A DNA stretch of 64,000 nt from Chiloscyllium plagiosum (taxonomy: Eukaryota). Position numbers and translations under genes: made by a program. The stretch's first letter is position 1; each line of letters starts with the position of its first letter. Positions 59,763 to 64,000 of this stretch are shown here, piece after piece. The stretch spans positions 64,465,004 through 64,529,003 of the forward strand of contig NC_057719.1 of assembly GCF_004010195.1 (NCBI RefSeq). The letters are read 5' to 3'. A model generated the notes under the pieces. The model did not search any database, was not told the DNA's origin, and worked only from the letters and a program-made list of their open reading frames with translations.

Positions 59763-61952
59763 AGTTATACTTTTGTCATTTCTCTATCATTACTTTGTCA
59801 TTTAACCCTGTCCGCCCTGTTCCTATCCTGCCTTTTCTTTTTATCCAAGTGCCTATAAACTATCTAGGGGGGCCAGTTGGCTGATGATTAGTGTGTGCTT
59901 CAGTATAGTGTCAACAGCATGAATTTGACTCTTGTTTTGGCTGAGGTAGTTAGACAGCTGGGAGTGTAAGATGGTGACGAACCACCACTACTTAAAATAT
60001 TGTCAAAAGGTAGCTTAGGATAAAGCATGTGAAGACAATGAACATTATCACAGGACCTGCCTTGGGCCCAGAATACACAACATGACAATAGACTGAATCT
60101 TCCCATCCCCTGAATTATGTGGACATTGGTGACAAAGTTGCCAGAATTATGTGAGATTTGATAGTGAGGTGCTTCCCGCTGTTGAGAGTAAAATGTTCTA
60201 ATGTGTGACCAAGTGTTGAATGGCTAGTGAGCTGCACATGGCCTACTTGCATCCACTAACATGCACTAACATCCTCATTATCACATCATCTTGCTTCACT
60301 GACTTGCAGCTTCCCATCTCTCTCCTGCTGAATAGGAACCAGATGCCAACAGTTCCTAACATGAAAGTCAAAGCAGTAACCAGTGATTCCAGCTTACTGT
60401 TTGCGCATTTAGACCTCCATCAGTCACAGATATCTAGGGGTATACTCTCACAGTCGGCGCCTGTACATACAAAGTAGAGATGCAGGATGCCAAATACTCT
60501 CTGTCCGACATTTCCCGGAACAAATTAAAGAAATTTCAGGGCATCTACAGGCTTGCAGTGCTTGAGCAGGTGCAAGGAAGATGTTAAAGATGGCGCTGGT
60601 GCCAGGAATCGTGAGAGGTCCCAGTGGTGATCAGTATCTCTACCTGTGGCGAGTGGGAGAATGTGACTCACGATGCACATGGAGCATGGTGCATAGATAA
60701 TAAGGTGGGCTTGGGAATATAGCACAAGAAAACTCTTTTGGGTTCACAGAAAGAATCTCACTGAAACTCATAAAATTGACACTTAGATGCTTTTTGGTAA
60801 GATTTTGTACAATGCTTGTCTCTTTTATTCCTCAATAATTTAATTCTGTGGTCCTTCTTGACTCTCCTGATTCTTATTTTTGCTTAAGGTGACCTGTTCT
60901 ACAATCTTTGTCTATAACGACTACTAACACATGTTTGATAACAATTCTCATATTTTGTCCGTAGTTAAAGTTTGGACAGAAAATGTCTCTGCTTATAATT
61001 AGCCACAAATGTGTTGCACATTTTGGACAAATTCATTATGGACCTCTGATAAAATAAGAAATTATTTCTCCAATAACTTGGAGAATTCAGAAGCACAAAG
61101 CTGCATAATCCATCAACTCTTACAAAACATTCCCATTCTTTGAACAAATATTTACTCCTTTCCCAACATTACAACTGCTTCTTTTCAGAGGAGAACTGGA
61201 ATTGAGTATCACATTTACTTGTTAATAGGAAATAATATTTTTCCTTGAAGCATGGATTTTCTTGCTGGGTGAGTAATGATTCTTTCATGATAATGTCAAA
61301 TCTAAAAGACTGGTGTTAGATGACCTTTAGGTTGTTCCATCATGCTGAGTCAACATGCTGTACACAGTCTCTCGAGTCAGTCGTCAGGTTGTAACGTCTT
61401 TTGTCCTCAGATACTGTGTGTAGTAACATCAGTGAAAAGGGCAGCAGCATTTTAAAAGAGATAATTTGTTCATAGTCACATACTAAAGGAGTACATTTTG
61501 TGAAGAAATTCATTCTTTATGGTAGAGTGTAGTAAATTCTGTCTTTTCACATGTGTTCGACGAGTGTTGGATTTAATCTTGAAGCTGTGAATTGATGAAG
61601 CCCAATATTCCTACCATGTGTACAACTGTGAAAAGATGCAGATCATCATTCTTCAGAAAATTCAGGAGATTTAGACTACTTGTGTTGCTATGGATACACA
61701 AATATCACACAGAGTTATGTGTAAAATCGTAATGCAATGGGCAGAAAGATGGATTTGGAGTAATTGGACTCAAATGTGCGCCTTCTAAGGTTAACTGATG
61801 ACAGCATGATTGATCTTCTATAACAATTACATCCATTAGTGCTATGAAGCTTTTTTCATATTCACAAACTGACTTGATGTCATTCTTATCCAGGAAGATT
61901 ATTTTGGTTTAAATGTTGACAACATTGCAGTTGATTTCAGATCTTCAAGCTA

Positions 61953-62172
61953 CAGGTTGTTCTGATATAATGTGCATTCCTTTAATGCGAATTTGCTGTA
62001 ATGCGATTGACGAACTGAGAACACTGTTTCTAAAGCATGAACTTTTAAAACATGTGTTGTCTATAACAGCGATTACAGTGCCAACACCTTAAGCACTGTT
62101 TCTAAAGCGTGATTTTTCTATAATGCAGCATTGCACAAGAATACAACCATTGTGATATAGAAGAACTACCTG
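61953..62172. mobile_element. Tc1/mariner (Tigger-like) MITE
   Basis: TIRs CAGGT(T/A)GTTCT..TATA with TA on both sides. Confidence 0.8.
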
Positions 62173-62589
62173 TATTATCTATTCTAGGTGCTACCTGCTA
62201 ATATTGATCATGGCATCACAAGAATTGACAACACCATTTAAACTGAGCCATAGAGCTTGGTAATTATTTTCTTATACAAAGGTGGGAGATAGACGATAGA
62301 ATTCTCCTAAAATATTTCATGCCTCCATAAAACAATTCCTGGACAACACCAAGGTTTGAGCTGACGAGGTGCAAGTTTCATTTGTGCAACACAGTTCAAA
62401 CATTGACTGCCTCCAAAATTAGATTGTTTAACCATCTCGCCTTAACATTCAATTACTGTACGTTCAATTACATTCAATTACTGTACTTCCAATGCTGTTG
62501 CCCACAATTGCATAAACGTCATATTAAAAAAGAAAAGAACTTTTATCAAGGAGGTTTGGTGAATCATTAACAAGATTTGCAACAGTAAT

Positions 62590-62920
62590 CTATCAAGGTT
62601 CCGTGGACAACCTGCCAAATCTGTGACCACTACTACCTAGAAGAAAAAAGCCGTCAGGTACATGGGAACACCACCACCTGTAGGTTCCCCTCCAAGTCAC
62701 TCAGAATCCTGGCTTGGAAATGTATTGCTGATCTTTCAGTCTCACTGGGTTGAAACCCTGGAACTTGCTCACAAACACCATTGTGGTTGCTACCTACACC
62801 AAGTGGACTGCAGGAGTTCAAGAAGGGAGCACATTGTCATCTTCTCAAAAGCAACTAGGGAAGAGCAATAAACGCTGGCATAGCCAGCGATGCCGAAATT
62901 ATATGAATGAATTTTTTTAA
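62590..62920 (+). mobile_element. LINE 3' end (same family as 58940-59762)
   Basis: CATGGGAACACCACCACCTG..GCAATAAACGCTGGC..ATGAATGAA. Confidence 0.65.
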
Positions 62921-63147
62921 AAACTGCAACAGGTAAAATGATATTTTTACATGTATCCAAAGCTTTCAAAGCATTCTTTTAATTGTCTCCTCAACTGCCA
63001 GATCATTCAAGTAAACTGGTCAGTCAGTGCCTAAAACAGATCATTCAGCCAATTATTGCATTGATATTTATGATGTTCACTGAACCCATATCTTTTTGCC
63101 ATGTTTCCAATATTACAAAGGTGACTACACTTCAAATGTACTTAATA

Positions 63148-63305
63148 TCATAGAGTTATACAGTATGGAAACAGACCCTTTGGTCCAACTCGTCCATGTT
63201 GACCAGATATCCTAAATTAATCTATTTGCCAACACCTGGCCCATATCCCTCTAAACCCTTCCCATTTGTGTACCCATCTGTGTACCCATCCAGATGTCTT
63301 TTAAT
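63148..63305 (-). mobile_element. CR1 3' tail fragment
   Basis: CATAGAG..GAAACAGACCCTTTGGTCCAACTC, homologous to the 15202 end. Confidence 0.8.
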
Positions 63306-64000
63306 TGATTGTAAAGTGCTTATGGCATTTAGAGATGAAAAATATTTTGTAAATACATTTTTTTTTAAAAAAAGAATAAATTCTGTGTGGTTCTGAAGTT
63401 TTGTTTTTATCTCTCTTATTTCAATCGCAAGTTTTTTTTAATATTTTGCTGTCTGTTAGCATAATAAGTAGATTTATTGAGCCGAAGACAACAATTTCAA
63501 AACTCATATATTAAATAGGCTTCTGGATATTAATTATTTTATCATCAGACAATTATTGAAGTTTCTCCCAAGAGATCATTCTGAGCTTCCTGCATCATTG
63601 CAGCTAAAGTATGTGATATTTACAGTAGTAGTAAGGAACTATAATACCTTCAACATGTAACAGACAGAAATCAAAATTCAACAACCTTAACTAAAAATAT
63701 TGAACAAACAGCTACTCAATCAGCTCGAGAAATGTTGTTATACCTCCGTAATTGAATTCACTGCACTTCAAAAGTAATTTATTGGGTGTGAACACTACTT
63801 TAGAGAATTTTGATTGTGCATACAATGCTAGGAAAATGACTTTCATTTACATATCACTTTATATCATCCCAGGTTACACCAAGGCACAAACAATGAAATG
63901 GTTTTGAAAAGCAATCACTGTTTTAATGTGAAAAATGTAACAGAAAAAAACATACACAGTAAGGCCATACTGTTATGGTCCCAGCTGATGTTAACACTGG

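Noticed and set aside
61280..61900. Possible exons in unique AT-rich sequence
   Set aside because: The frames I read after the candidate acceptors close quickly; no recognisable product.

Overview
Repeat-dense, non-genic or intronic stretch of a cartilaginous-fish genome. The HE1-type V-SINEs, CR1 families and Penelope families are typical of elasmobranchs. There are four assembly gaps, and no intact host protein-coding exon could be supported. The centrepiece is a degraded provirus at 26403-34330. It has paired LTRs, a GAAG target-site duplication, a tRNA-Ser(CGA)-like PBS, a PPT, gag with two CCHC knuckles, and a pro-pol in frame with gag behind a UGA-CAA-CCA junction. Its class III/SnRV-like RT is followed by a tether and RNase H. 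Its env TM subunit aligns without gaps to filovirus GP2 as I recall that sequence. The window is also peppered with Penelope-like elements (RT + GIY-YIG) and their short, often palindromic pLTR derivatives, which carry minimal hammerhead ribozymes. Other features are L1, Tx1 and CR1 LINEs (one near full-length CR1), Gypsy remnants, two Tigger-like MITEs, SINEs, an RPS11 processed pseudogene and a tRNA-Glu-like relic. All family assignments come from motifs read by eye; no searches were run.
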